Shown piece by piece: positions 10,673-22,488 of a stretch of DNA of 64,000 bases. Source of the DNA: Eledone cirrhosa. Its lineage: Eukaryota. Location: contig OZ024742.1 in NCBI GenBank assembly GCA_964016885.1, positions 364,808,001 through 364,872,000 on the forward strand, written 5' to 3'. The notes under the pieces were generated by a model. That model was not told where the DNA came from, did no database searches, and saw only the letters and a program-made list of their open reading frames with translations. Each line of letters opens with the position of its first letter. Positions within the stretch are counted from its first letter, which is position 1. The translations under genes and the position numbers were made by a program.

Positions 10673-12405
10673 CTATGGAAGAAATAACCTAAATAGCAGT
10701 GGAGAGCCGACTAGGAGCTGCAACTGTCCTGATGGATCCATTTGCCCCCTCGACAACAGATGCAGAGATCGTAATGTGATCGACCAGTGCAACGTGAGAC
10801 GGACACCTCCAACAAAACTTATATAGGATTAACCGCATGTGACTTCAAGACCCGGCTATACCAATACAGACATACTTTCCGAAACCCGGCCCGTCGTCAC
10901 GCCACCACACTTTCGGGCCACATCTGGGACCTCAAAGATAACAATATTACCTATGATCTCACTTGGAGCTTACTGTCCAGAGCCACCTCTTACACGGGAT
11001 GACGCCGTCCGTGCAATTTATGCTCGGAAGAAACTTTACAAATGCTGCTTTGGACGGACCAACCCTAAACAAGAAAGACGAACTGGTAACTGCATGCAAA
11101 CTCAGATTGCGTAGGACTTACCTCGCCCTCAAACCCCATAATGACCCGGGGGGGGGGGGGGGGTTAGACACCGGCTGTAACACCCCTCTTGCCGACTTTG
11201 TAATGGGTAGCCCCTGCTTGCAAAGGTAGATGTAAGACCTTCTGTTATATCTTTTTTTCGTTTCCTCTATATTTCCTTCTTCCCCCATCCCTTCCTAGTC
11301 CTTCCACCCCAGTCCTCCTTCTTTGTCGTCGTCCTTTTCACTTTCTCGCCCACCAGAGGCAGCCCCTCGGTCGTTTGTAGCCTCAGTACCCCCACCCCAT
11401 TCCCTATTCTATGATAGAATTGGCCGACTCCGCTTTTATAGCAGATGTGATAGACCCCAGATACTTGCTTTCTTATCCGAGGGCTGCCCCATTTCCGTGC
11501 TTTCTACATTTCTTAGTGGTATCTCTGCTTTAATTTCTCGTACATCAGTATTTATTTTTTGGGGGGTGTGTGGTTCTGAATTAAATTCCCGTATCAAATT
11601 TTTCATATACTTCGTACGAGCATTTATGTAGTTTGCACTAGAATTTTTGTATCGTAGCCACACCCTTAGAGATAGTATTAGTATTCATTTTCGGGATTCA
11701 GAATTATTATTTCGTATTAGTTTATATTTTGCACTGGGTGGTTGCTGGCCTTGTGCCTAGGGTAGAAACAATTATTTCGTATTAGTTTCGGGGCTCTGAA
11801 TTATTATTTCGTGATAGTTTCTTTAGTATGTTGGCCCCCTGCTTGTTGACCTGTCACCGTAAGATATACTCGGTTGATTACTACTAACTCTTAAAATGGT
11901 CTCACTACAAATCCGTTCCACCTAGAAACTTTTCTATAGTTTAGCAGTACCATTGATAGACTTGATGACTGGGGTTAGGGAATAGTAACCAGAATTTGTT
12001 TTTAATATTTTTAACATTCTTGGTATTCTTCTATATATTTACTCCATATTGATTTACTTATTGTTTCGACTTCCTTCCCCTCCCCCTCCCTAGTATATTT
12101 GCTTGACCTCCTGCCCTGCTGTAGTTGGCACTATCAACGCACGACTTCGTTTCCTCCACTCCCTCTCCTTATTTCTTCTACTGGCAGGTTCAGCTAGCCC
12201 TTCCTACCACAAATTGCCATGATAGAATTATGTGTCTCAACAACAAACTTTTGACCAATCCTTGTGACAATCACTTTTACCATATATGGAATTACCCCCT
12301 GAGAAGCTCGGCTATTCATATACCAGGATAAAAATGTTCATTTAGTCCAGAATTAGCCGTCGAAACGGCTTGAGCTCAGCCGTCGGGGTCCTACTCCTTC
12401 CTATA
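10673..12405 (+). mobile_element. Inverted second PLE copy: zinc-binding linker, GIY-YIG and a longer 3' pLTR ending in a hammerhead, followed by (TA)n
   Basis: 10673-12111 is the reverse complement of ~8626-10064. It encodes SCNCPDGSICPLDNRC..YIGLTACDFKTRLYQYRHTF, with a stop and frameshifts. Confidence 0.9.
12294..12389 (+). ncRNA. PLE pLTR hammerhead ribozyme with one core change
   Basis: ACCCC-CTGAGAA-GCTCGGCTATTC...GAATTAGCCGTC-GAAA-CGGCTTGAGCTCAGCCG-TC-GGGGT. Stem I is ACCCC/GGGGT, stem III is long and self-complementary, the triplet is GUC, and the CUGANGA box reads CUGAGAA. Confidence 0.75.
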
Positions 12406-12728
12406 CATATATATATATATATATACTGTATATATATACCAATCTTAAAGAGAGAGATGGAGATAGGAGAGGAGATAGGGAGGAGAGATTGGTGAATTAG
12501 TTAGAAGCCAAAGCGTAAAGGCATGTGCTCAATTGCAATATGCAGTAGAAAGCAGCTAGGTGGCTGGGTTCATGCAGAAGTTAGGTGCGCAGAGATGGAA
12601 ATATTCATTAGTTAAGCAAAACAAGACCACAAATTGCACAAGGGAGACATTATTAAAAGATTGTCAACATATTTTAGTTTGATGTAAGGAATGTAGAGAA
12701 TAATAATAATAATATTAATAATAATAAT

Positions 12729-12852
12729 GTCCGTTTACAATCGTTTCGCTACTCCATATAATATTTCTGGATCAGATGACTATATATCATAATTGACCTG
12801 GTTCAGTTGAAAATAATTAACATATTTAAGAGACAGAGTGGCTCATCGGACC
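12729..12852 (-). ncRNA. Decayed type I hammerhead with an extended stem II
   Basis: Minus strand reads GT-CCGATGA-GCCACTCTGT...ATGGAGTAGC-GAAA-CGATTG-TA-AACGG. U4 is changed to C and stem I is weak. Confidence 0.5.
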
Positions 12853-13879
12853 TTGTTAAGTATAGAAAAATGGTGGAAAGATGTTTGTATATGCTAAGGG
12901 AGGTAATTACCGGAGCTGGTGTAATCTTACTTGTCAAACTAATGACCGCTACCGGCATAGTAAGAAATTGTGAACCAAGCAGCACCATACAATTTTTTAA
13001 AAAGCTGCCAACTCTGCCTAATGGAACTATACTATATAGTGCAAGCACCCCAGGACCTCATAAATAGTCGGGCTGAAACTGTCATCAATTGCGGCCATAG
13101 ACTACAACAATCTTTCTATAGATGGACCCCAACAACCACATAACCACCATAACACCTGAGGCTCTCAACACCACACCCTGGCCCGACTTACGGGTGGTGG
13201 ACTTACCATTAAACAATTTGGGACAACACCACCATCCACCCTCAGTTCTACATCCAGGAAGTTGCACTGCATATATTCAGCTGCGCTTACCCCGCTATAT
13301 TCTTCCACACTGCTAGACAGATCTTTGGGTAATCTTACAGAACTGCCGCTTATACTCAAACAACTTCTTAGACAACTGATCATATAAATATACAAATTCT
13401 ATCTAAAGTGACTTTACCTTTCTAGGCTTTCAAACTCCCACTGAACTTGCCACAAGTTAAACCTGTGTATAGTATTTAATGACATTACTAATCATTGTTT
13501 CTACTTTCGGCACAAGGCCAGCAATTACCCAGTACATTACTAGTACTTTATTTTATCGACCTCGTAAGGATGAAAAGCAAAATTAACCTTGGCGGGATTT
13601 GAACTCAGATCGTAAAGGGACGTAACTATGCTGGAAAGCATATCCAACGCTCTACTAACTCTGCCAATTCATTACTAATACTGTATACTCATACTCACAC
13701 CTTAACACCGCCTGATTACATTGAGTCGACTAACCTTACTTATGTTAACTCCCTTTAAATAATAAATAAAATTTCTTACTATGCCGGTAGCGGTCATTAG
13801 TTTGACAAGTAACACCAGCACCGGTAATTACCTCCCTTAGTATACAAACATCTTTCCACCATTTTTCTATACTTAACAA
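12853..13879. repeat. ~115-bp inverted repeat pair (12853-12969 and 13770-13879)
   Basis: TTGTTAAGTATAGAAAAATGGTGGAAAGATGTTTGTATA..GACCGCTACCGGCATAGTAAGAAATT matches the reverse complement of 13770-13879 with small indels. Confidence 0.85.
13494..13672 (-). mobile_element. tRNA-derived SINE copy
   Basis: Highly similar to 3928-4118. Confidence 0.8.
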
Positions 13880-14230
13880 CGTATATGTAATATGCATTCT
13901 GATGTTAAAGTATTATTATAACCGTATAGGATATTTAATTATAAACTTTGCCTAGTATCTGCCTCAGAAGCGCCCCATTGGGTGAAACATATGTAAGAGC
14001 TTTATAAAGATATGTTTTAACGACTTATAACTCTTTCATTAATCATTTTGTCTATCACCGCTCTGCTTATCCTTGCACACTAAATATTAACTTTCTCTAA
14101 TATTTAACCCTGATAAGCCAAGCATCGAGCACTTATGCACCCACTTTTGGCATGTAATACTCTGTATCACACCTCTTTATACTCCTCTTTCTAACCTCTT
14201 TTACCATACTGTAACTTTAAACATATACAA

Positions 14231-14273
<43 letters not shown>

Positions 14274-14773
14274 GTGCGTGTGTGAGTGAGTGTGTATATA
14301 TATGTCTGTATGTATTTGTCTGTGTGTATGCATGTACGTATATGGTGGTGGGTGTCTATGTTACTGGCTAGATGAGTGTGTTCACGTATATGAAACATTT
14401 AAATTTTAGTTTGTGCAATGATTTTAACATAGAGAGAAAAACCGAATAAAATATGTTCACATCGTAGCAATATAACAAACTCCTCCATAAGACATTTAGT
14501 AATAGATCATACATCGATAGGTACATACAAACATATTTAACACACACTCACATACACATACTAACACACACTCTCACATATACATACTTACACACACTCT
14601 CACAGATTCACACACACACACACACACACGTAGATATATAGGGGTGAGATCTTCACAGTCATATTACAGTATACAGTAGAGGTGATATTCCATCACCGTG
14701 TTTTATCTCTGTTGAAACACCTGTGGTCGATATCATATGATATCTCCATACCCAAGTGTCAGACGCACACATA

Positions 14774-14822
<49 letters not shown>

Positions 14823-15035
14823 CAACTAGAAATTGATTAACATATAAATAAACATATAAAACAATCACAGAGGATAATTTTTACAAGTGTGTAAGCACAC
14901 ATAGCTAGGTAGGTAACTAAATAAAGTTAACTACAACTTCAAAAATAGATACCTTATAATATGATTAATCTTCCCTGTATATATTCCATTAAAGAAATAT
15001 ATTTCACCAATTAATCGAATAGTAAACCACGGAGG

Positions 15036-15042
15036 TGTGTGC

Positions 15043-15131
<89 letters not shown>
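15036..15131. repeat. (GT)n microsatellite
   Basis: Direct reading. Confidence 0.95.
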
Positions 15132-15141
<10 letters not shown>

Positions 15142-15827
15142 ATATATGTAAAAAAGTAAAAGTGAATAAGCACAGAGGTATTCAAAATTATTTTGATTTA
15201 CACCGACAGAACGTATATCTTTATAATTATGTTAAACAAATTTAACTTTTGTTAAATGCTACCGATTTCGAATCTTTTGTAAATCTCATAAAATATGAAC
15301 AGAACCTGATCTGATAGTCTGTGGACAGTTAGAAGTGATATTTCTCTCTTAAAATCTCTTCTTGTATAATATTACGAAGGTGGTGTGGGGAAGCTGGGGG
15401 TGGAGCTCCACAGGTCAGGATTTATTACAAATTACTCTTGATTTAAATAGGATTTCTTTTTCTATTCAGAATAACGGCCAAGATGGTATTTTCTCTCTCT
15501 CTCTCTCTGTCGAGAGTGAGTTGGTGTGTGTGGGGGGGGGGGGTATGAGTGTGTGTGTGTGTGAGCGTGGTGAGGTGTGGTGATGTGAGGTGTGTGTATC
15601 AGTGTGTGTGTATGTGTGGTGAGGTGTGAGTATGAGTGTGTGTGTGTGTGTGTGTGTGTGTTTAGTTTGTCAAGAATCCAAGTTATTTTCTGGGGTTGTA
15701 AAATAGATAAATTGGACATAAAATGAAATGACTGAAAGTTCTAATGAAAATACAAAGAACCAGTAAATAGTCGAAGAAGAAATAGAAAAAGAAAATTTTA
15801 CTTGTTTCATGTTATTATTATATATTG

Positions 15828-16120
15828 TGAGGCCAAGTCCGTCCAAGGTCACTTTACCTTTTAATCTAATAGGATCGATAAAATATAGTATTATTAAAAT
15901 AATGTAGTGGGGACAATAAACTGGCATTTCCTTCAATAAAAGGTGATGGTTTTGTGCCAATGTTACAAAAGATTATAGATTGTCAGTTGAAAATCAAGCG
16001 GTCAACTTTACCATTTATCAATAGGAGATCGATAAAATAAAGTACCACTCATATTCTGAGATCGATAATTTGACTTTCCAAACCTTCAAGACTGTTTGAC
16101 TTGTACCTAAATTAGGAACA
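15828..16120 (+). mobile_element. Two diverged SINE fragments in + orientation
   Basis: GGTCA(A)CTTTACC..GATCGATAAAATA..GTA and TTGTGCC/TTGTACC tails matching the SINE family. Confidence 0.5.
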
Positions 16121-16328
16121 TATATTATAGATTCTGTTACCGTTCGTTTTGATTAAACATAAAGCGAAGGGGTAAAAATAGTATATAGAGGAAATTAAAG
16201 CAGCCAAGGCAGAGGGTAATAACGTGCAGATAAAATATGTATGTAGGAGGTGGCTTCATAACTGAAGAGGAAGGAATATATATTAAGTACATGTTGGAAG
16301 TGGTAATGATGAAAGAGAGAGAAAGAGA

Positions 16329-16500
<172 letters not shown>

Positions 16501-16674
16501 TTATAGAGAGAGACACTGTGAAGGTATTTGGTGTGTATGGGAGATTACAGACTACAATACAGCAATATAAGAATAACTCGATAAGAGAGTCCTATGATCA
16601 GACAACATAAATTATAGATTGTGGTTGTTATTTAGTTCTGTATAGTTGGTAATTTCTTAATATATCCATTGTAG

Positions 16675-16988
<314 letters not shown>

Positions 16989-17074
16989 CAAAGGTAAACA
17001 AATAAAATTAACAAAACAAATGGTACAGTACATGGAAGAAATATATTAGTTTAACGCTTGAAATTCCAGGAAGA

Positions 17075-17115
17075 GAGTCTTAACGTTTCGGACACTAGTC
17101 TTTCATCAGACGATA
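17075..17115 (-). ncRNA. Minimal hammerhead-like motif
   Basis: Minus strand reads CTGATGA-AAGAC(TAGT)GTCC-GAAACGTTA-AGACTC. Core boxes and the AACGTT palindrome are present, but stem I is poor. Confidence 0.45.
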
Positions 17116-17594
17116 GAGTTAGATGTAGGAGATAAATAGAAAGTAAAGAATGATAAGAGAGAGGAACGGGGAAAATGAGACAAAACTTTGAGGAGAAAAA
17201 AACAAAGTAAACAAACACAGGTGCTTATTGAGAGTTTAGCGGATTTGATAATACAGCCATATAAGGGCAAAGAAGAATTTAAAGCTCAATGTGATATATA
17301 GTGATACTGATGGAATGGAATATTCCAGTGGAATGGAATATTCCAGTTGTTTTAAAGAAAAAATCGTCAATTAATTAAATGATTAAATTTAAATTTTTGT
17401 TAAGGTTTTTTTCTTATATATAAAGAGGGAGGGTCAGAGGGTGTGAGAAGGGGGTGAGAGATGGTGTGGAGGCAGACAGGGAAAGAGGGGGTGGTGAGAG
17501 AGAGAGGGTGAAAGAGAGCAGTTGAGAGAGAGATGGTGAGAGGGAGAAGGTGCGTGAGAGAGGTGAGAGAGAGAGAAAGGCATAGTGATAGATA

Positions 17595-20500
17595 TATTTC
17601 TTTATTAGCCACAGGGGCACAAAAGAAGGGGACAAATACAAAGGGGAAAGTTTACATACAAGAAAAACGTGTTAAATATCACAAATTCAATTTCAAAATT
17701 AGTCGATTTTCCCCAATAGGGGGAGACATTACATATGGGTAACACATACCCCCGAGAAAATGTGCAACCGTCATCTCCAAGAGTACCAAGAATTTGTAAT
17801 CCTTTCCTCTCCTCCTCTTTTTCCTCAACCTACAGGCTGATATAGAGAGAAGGCCCATTCACTGGGGCCATTCTCGCCACTTTCACCCACCTTTCATAAA
17901 ACTTGCTGGGGTACAGCACCTCACACTCCATCCTGATTCTTCTTCCAAAGTGGCATTTGAAAAAAAAGAATCAGTTGTTGGCCGGAGAGAAAGGTGTCTG
18001 ACCTCAGCCCTTTCAATCTTGTCCACCATACAACCTCTTTCGCCATAGCTATCACACAAAGGAAAACCGCCTCTCCTTTGTTTTTGAAGGAGGGTGGCGG
18101 TTTGATCATGACAATGGACTCGGTGGTCAACGGGATTGGTCCCACCCGCGACAATAGTCGTTCTACATAGCCCCACAGGTCGGTGACGCCCGAGCAGTGT
18201 ATGAATGCGTGCGCGACGGTTTCTTCGTCTCGCACGCACGTCGGACATATCTTTTTCGAAGGGTCTCTGTCCGGGCGCCCATGTCTGTAGAGCTTGTCTC
18301 GAACTGGGAGAGCTCCTCGGTAGCACTGCCAGGCCAGGGACTTTTGGAAGTTGTCCATCGGTCCCGGGCGGAAGGGCCTACCGAACAGACTGGCCAGTTC
18401 ATCTTCCTCTACGCCTAGAGTTTCACCGAGCGCGCCGTCGCACTTGCTGCGGGCCAACCCTCTATAGAATGACGAAGTGGAGTCTCCACTGATCGCCGGG
18501 TCAGCCTCAGAAAGCTGTGAGCGCCTGAGAACATTCGATGTGACAGTCGCCCATTTTCCTCGGTCTTTGCTTGACCCAGGTCTGCAGCTTGGTCAGCAAG
18601 ATGAGTCGTGGGAAGGCTATTCTCACGAACGGGGCCCATACCGGTTGTCCGGTGAGGAATACGTAGAGATAGCGCAGCTTGAGCGCGTGTTTGCGAATCG
18701 TCAGCCACGGCATCCCCAGCCCACCTTTGGAAGGGTGTTGGCAGCAGATGGATCTTCTCACCAAAGGAGCCCGCCTCTTCCAAAGGAATTGGAAGTGCGC
18801 GCGCTCCATTTTAGTGAGCGTTTTGGCTGGGCAAGGCACGACGGTCAAGCGGTAGTAGATGGCGGACGCTATATAAGTGTTCGCCACCTACGCTCGACCT
18901 TTCAAGTATAGTTTGCACTCGGCCCACTTCTGGGTGAGTGCAAACACCTTGGCCGTCACCTCGTTCCAGTTCTTCTCCACCTGGAGGTCCGGACCAAACC
19001 AGACCCCGAGCAGCTTTACCGGTCCTACCGTCCAGCGTCCGACGAGGCCATCGGAAGGCATCGGTTTGCCTCTCCACGATCCGATTTGCAAACCGATGGA
19101 CTTGTCCCAGTTCAGCTTCGCTCCTGTGAAACTTTCGTATTCCTTCAGTAAGGTGCCGACTTCCTCGATTTGCGAGGCGCTCCACACCATTACTGTTACG
19201 TCGTCGGCGTAGGCCGACGCCGCTTTCCGCAGTCCCGGTACCAGAGGGATGCTCTGCAATAGCTCCAACTTCCGCAGTAGTGGCTCGAGAGTCAGTACGT
19301 ACAGAAGGGAGGAGAGAAGGCATCCCTGTCGAATGGATCGCGTGATATGGAACGGCTCCGAGAGGTAGCCGTTTACCTTGACCCTTGAGCAGATGTTGCT
19401 GTTGTGCATTGCAGCAATCCAGCCCCTGAACACGGGTCCGAAGCCTGCCGCCTCGAGCACCGTATCCAGGTAACGATGGTCAACCCTATCGAAAGCCTTA
19501 TACTGATTCAAGTTGATCAGGACCCCACCGAAGCCAGGTTTACACCCTACCCTCTCTATGATGTATCGCATGAGGTGGAGGTTGTCGTGTATGGACCTGG
19601 TCGGGATTGCGCATGTCTGCGCTTCTCCCACCAGGTTCTCGACGACAAGCGCCCGCCTCTTTGCCAACACCTTGGCCAAAATCTGTAACTCTGTGTTTAG
19701 CAGAGTTATGGGCCGGAAGTTGCCTATGTCATCCCCCTTATTCTCGTCCTTCCTGACTAGTGTCACTACGGTCACAGAACTGGGAATTCTCCCGTTCTGT
19801 TGCCAGTTGCAGTAGACCGCTTTCAGGAGACCGGAGAATAAGTCCGGCATTGCTACGTAAATTTCCTAGGGTAGACCGTCGAGACCTGGAGATTTGCGTT
19901 TGCCGCATTGGCTCAGCGCGTTCCCTATCTCAGCGGCTGAAATCGACTTTTCGCAGAACTTTGTCTCGCTGTCCGAGAGTCGCGGTAGGCCGTCGAGATA
20001 TGAACCGAAATCCATAGACCCTCCCAGCGCGACGCCCTGCCCGAACAGTTGAGCAAAGTGCCGCTAAAAGGCCGCACGCATCTGCTTCGGCTCACGTATC
20101 ACGCGTCCGTTTTGGTCCTTCAAAGACCGAATCGTGGACTTGTTGCCAGTTTTTGCCTCCGTCACTCGGGCCCAGCTAACAGCTTTGGCTCCCACGTTTT
20201 TCAGAGCAGGTATTTTGCTTCTGACAACGCAGCCCTCGTGCTTTGCGTCGAAGAACTGGTCCAAGACCGTTCTCGTTGCTAGCACGCTGGCTACGTTGCC
20301 ACTTCTAATTGCCTCTTCTACTTTATCTACCTGTTCCTCCTCGGTTCTATTTCTATCTAACGCTAATTCTTTACTAAAAACTAACGAGTCTAATCTAACT
20401 GCCCTCTTGAGAGAGTACCACCATCTGTTGTTGACAATGGCCCCTGTCAAGTGCTGTTTAACTGAAGTGCTAATCCGTCTACTGTAGGCTTTGTATGTTG

Positions 20501-21660
20501 GCAACGACAAGTTCAGCTTCCAGTAGCCGGGTCCCTGTCTATGGGTTCTATCAAGGTTGGCCCTGCAGATCACTAGTTTGTGATCTGAATAGGCAACCAT
20601 GAACATTTGTGGACAGCTTAACATGTCCCTATCCTTATTTCTAACTAGAACCCTATCTAAGTACGATCTAGATGTTCCGCTAAGATTAGTCCACGTCCAC
20701 AGTGGCACAATCGGAAAATCTAGTCGATATCTATCGGCCAGGTCAAATCGGTCGATTAACTGTTTGAGGCTGTTACACCCCCCTTTATCGCGACATGCTC
20801 CCACATAGTCCCAACGTGCATCTAGGATTCCATTCCAGTCCCCCACTAAAAGCAAGGAGCGGGACGTTCCCAGAAAAGTCTCTAGACGTTTGAAGAAGTC
20901 TGGCCGTGGTGTCCCGGATGGGGCATATGCACCCACCAGCCTGAAGGCTCCACCTTCACTACCGTCAACGTCTAGGACCACCAGTCGACCCTCCGGGTCC
21001 AGATGTACCGTCTGTGTTACGAGGCCCAGGTGTTTTCGCAGAAAAACGGCAACCCCGCCCCCACCCCGCGACCGACAGATAGATGCGTAGATCTCAAAGT
21101 CATCGAATTGAGGGCTAGATGTCGCTCGCTGTGGATCCCGGACTCGCAAATGGCTACTACATCCATACCCTTCGTCTCCTGGGGACCAGGCTGCACGATT
21201 TCCATGGGGGAGTTGGAGGGGTTGTCTGGGAGGGTGGTGGTTGCCGGTAGGGTGGGGACGGAGATGTTTGGTGGGGTGGGGTGTCTGGGGTGGGGAGACA
21301 TTTGAGAAGGACGTGGTTAAGTGGTTTCACGCAGGAATTCCCCACATCCTTTTCAAATGTTTCTTTTAGGGACCTATAAGTTTGTATAGGGACCCTAATC
21401 ACTTTTAGGTTCCGTTTTTTGTTATTTTTAATAGAGTGGGCGAAAGTTTTCCCTTCGGTTTTCACCGAAGGGTTCTTCGTGATGGTCTCCATTAGTGTTT
21501 TGTTTTCAGTGTTTATGTAAGTGTAAGTGTAATTTTCTTGTGTTGTGTTTGTTTTTGTCTGTAGTTCTTGTGTCTGCTTTCGTTTTGTTGTAGTTATTTT
21601 GTTTTCAGGAGGTGGGGATTTTGTTTGTGATGATTTTGTTGTTTGTGTTGTTTGTGGCAG
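17595..21660 (-). mobile_element. Tx1/L1-clade non-LTR retrotransposon copy A (APE, RT, CCHC; internally deleted) with 11-bp TSD AGTGATAGATA
   Basis: APE motifs GGGVA, LVGAYAP, VGDWNG, SYLDRV, SDHK. RT motifs FRPITLLN, KAFDRVDH, RQGC, YADD. Zinc knuckle CPTC..ETVAHAFIHC. The 3' UTR ends AATAAAGAAAT. TSD at 17584-17594 and 21661-21671. Confidence 0.9.
17830..21175 (-). pseudogene. ORF2 (APE endonuclease-reverse transcriptase) of copy A, broken by frameshifts and stops
   Basis: ORF track segments 20064-21149, 18888-19850, 18507-18887 and 17921-18457. Confidence 0.9.
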
Positions 21661-21663
21661 AGT

Positions 21664-21696
21664 GATAGATAGATAGATAAATAGATAGATAGATAG
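21664..21696. repeat. (GATA)n tract between LINE copies A and B
   Basis: Direct reading. Confidence 0.95.
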
Positions 21697-22453
21697 AAAC
21701 ATTTCTTTATTAGCTACAAGGGCACAAAAGAAGGGGACAAATACAAATGGGGGAAGTTTACATATAGGTATGTGAAAATAAAACTATTAATAAAATAACA
21801 AATAACAATTGAAATCCCCAATAGGGGGGAGGCGTTACACAGGGGTTGTACACACCCCGAAAAAATGTACAACCCTCATCTCCAGGAGCACCAGGAGTGA
21901 GTACTCCCTTCCTCTCTTCTTCTTTTTTCTCAACCTACAGGCTTATATAGAGAGAAGGCCCAGCCACCCGGGCCATCTTTGCCACATTCACCCACCTTTT
22001 ATAAAATTTGCTGGGGTAGAGTACCTCTCTCTCCATCCTGATTCTTCTTCCAAAATGATATTTGAAAAAAAAGAATCAGTTGCTCGCCGGAGAGAAAGGT
22101 GTCTGACCTCAGCCCTTTTAACCCGTACACCATATAACCTCTTTCACCATAGCCATAACACATAGGAAAACCGCCTCTCCCTCGTTTTTGAAGGAGGGTG
22201 GCAGTTTGATCATGACAATGGACTCGGTGGTCAACTGGATTGGTCCCACCCGCGACAATAGTCGTTCTACATAGCCCCACAGGTCGGTAACGCCCGGGCA
22301 GTGTACAAATGCGTGCGCAACGGTTTCCTCGTCGCGCACGCATCTCGGACAGATCTTTTTTGAAGGGTCCCTTCCCGGGCGCCCGTGTCTGTAGAGCTTG
22401 TCTCGAAATGGTAAAGCTCCTCGGTAACACTGCCAGGCCAGGGACTTTTGGAA
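21697..22453 (-). mobile_element. Tx1/L1-clade LINE copy B, 5'-truncated 3' fragment (zinc knuckle plus 3' UTR)
   Basis: FQKSLAWQCYRGALP..CPRC..ETVAHAFVHC. The 3' end matches copy A. Bounded by (GATA)n on both sides. Confidence 0.9.
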
Positions 22454-22488
22454 GATAGATAGATAGATAGATTGATAGATAGATAGAT
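22454..22488. repeat. (GATA)n tract between LINE copies B and C
   Basis: Direct reading. Confidence 0.95.

Noticed and set aside
10715-11030. Possible selenocysteine-encoding Naiad (in-frame TGA at 11000-11002)
   Set aside because: The conserved Cys codons are TGC/TGT. The TGA corresponds to GGA (Gly) in the other arm, so it is a point mutation.
17311-17346. 18-bp tandem duplication TGGAATGGAATATTCCAG
   Set aside because: Only two copies, consistent with ordinary slippage.
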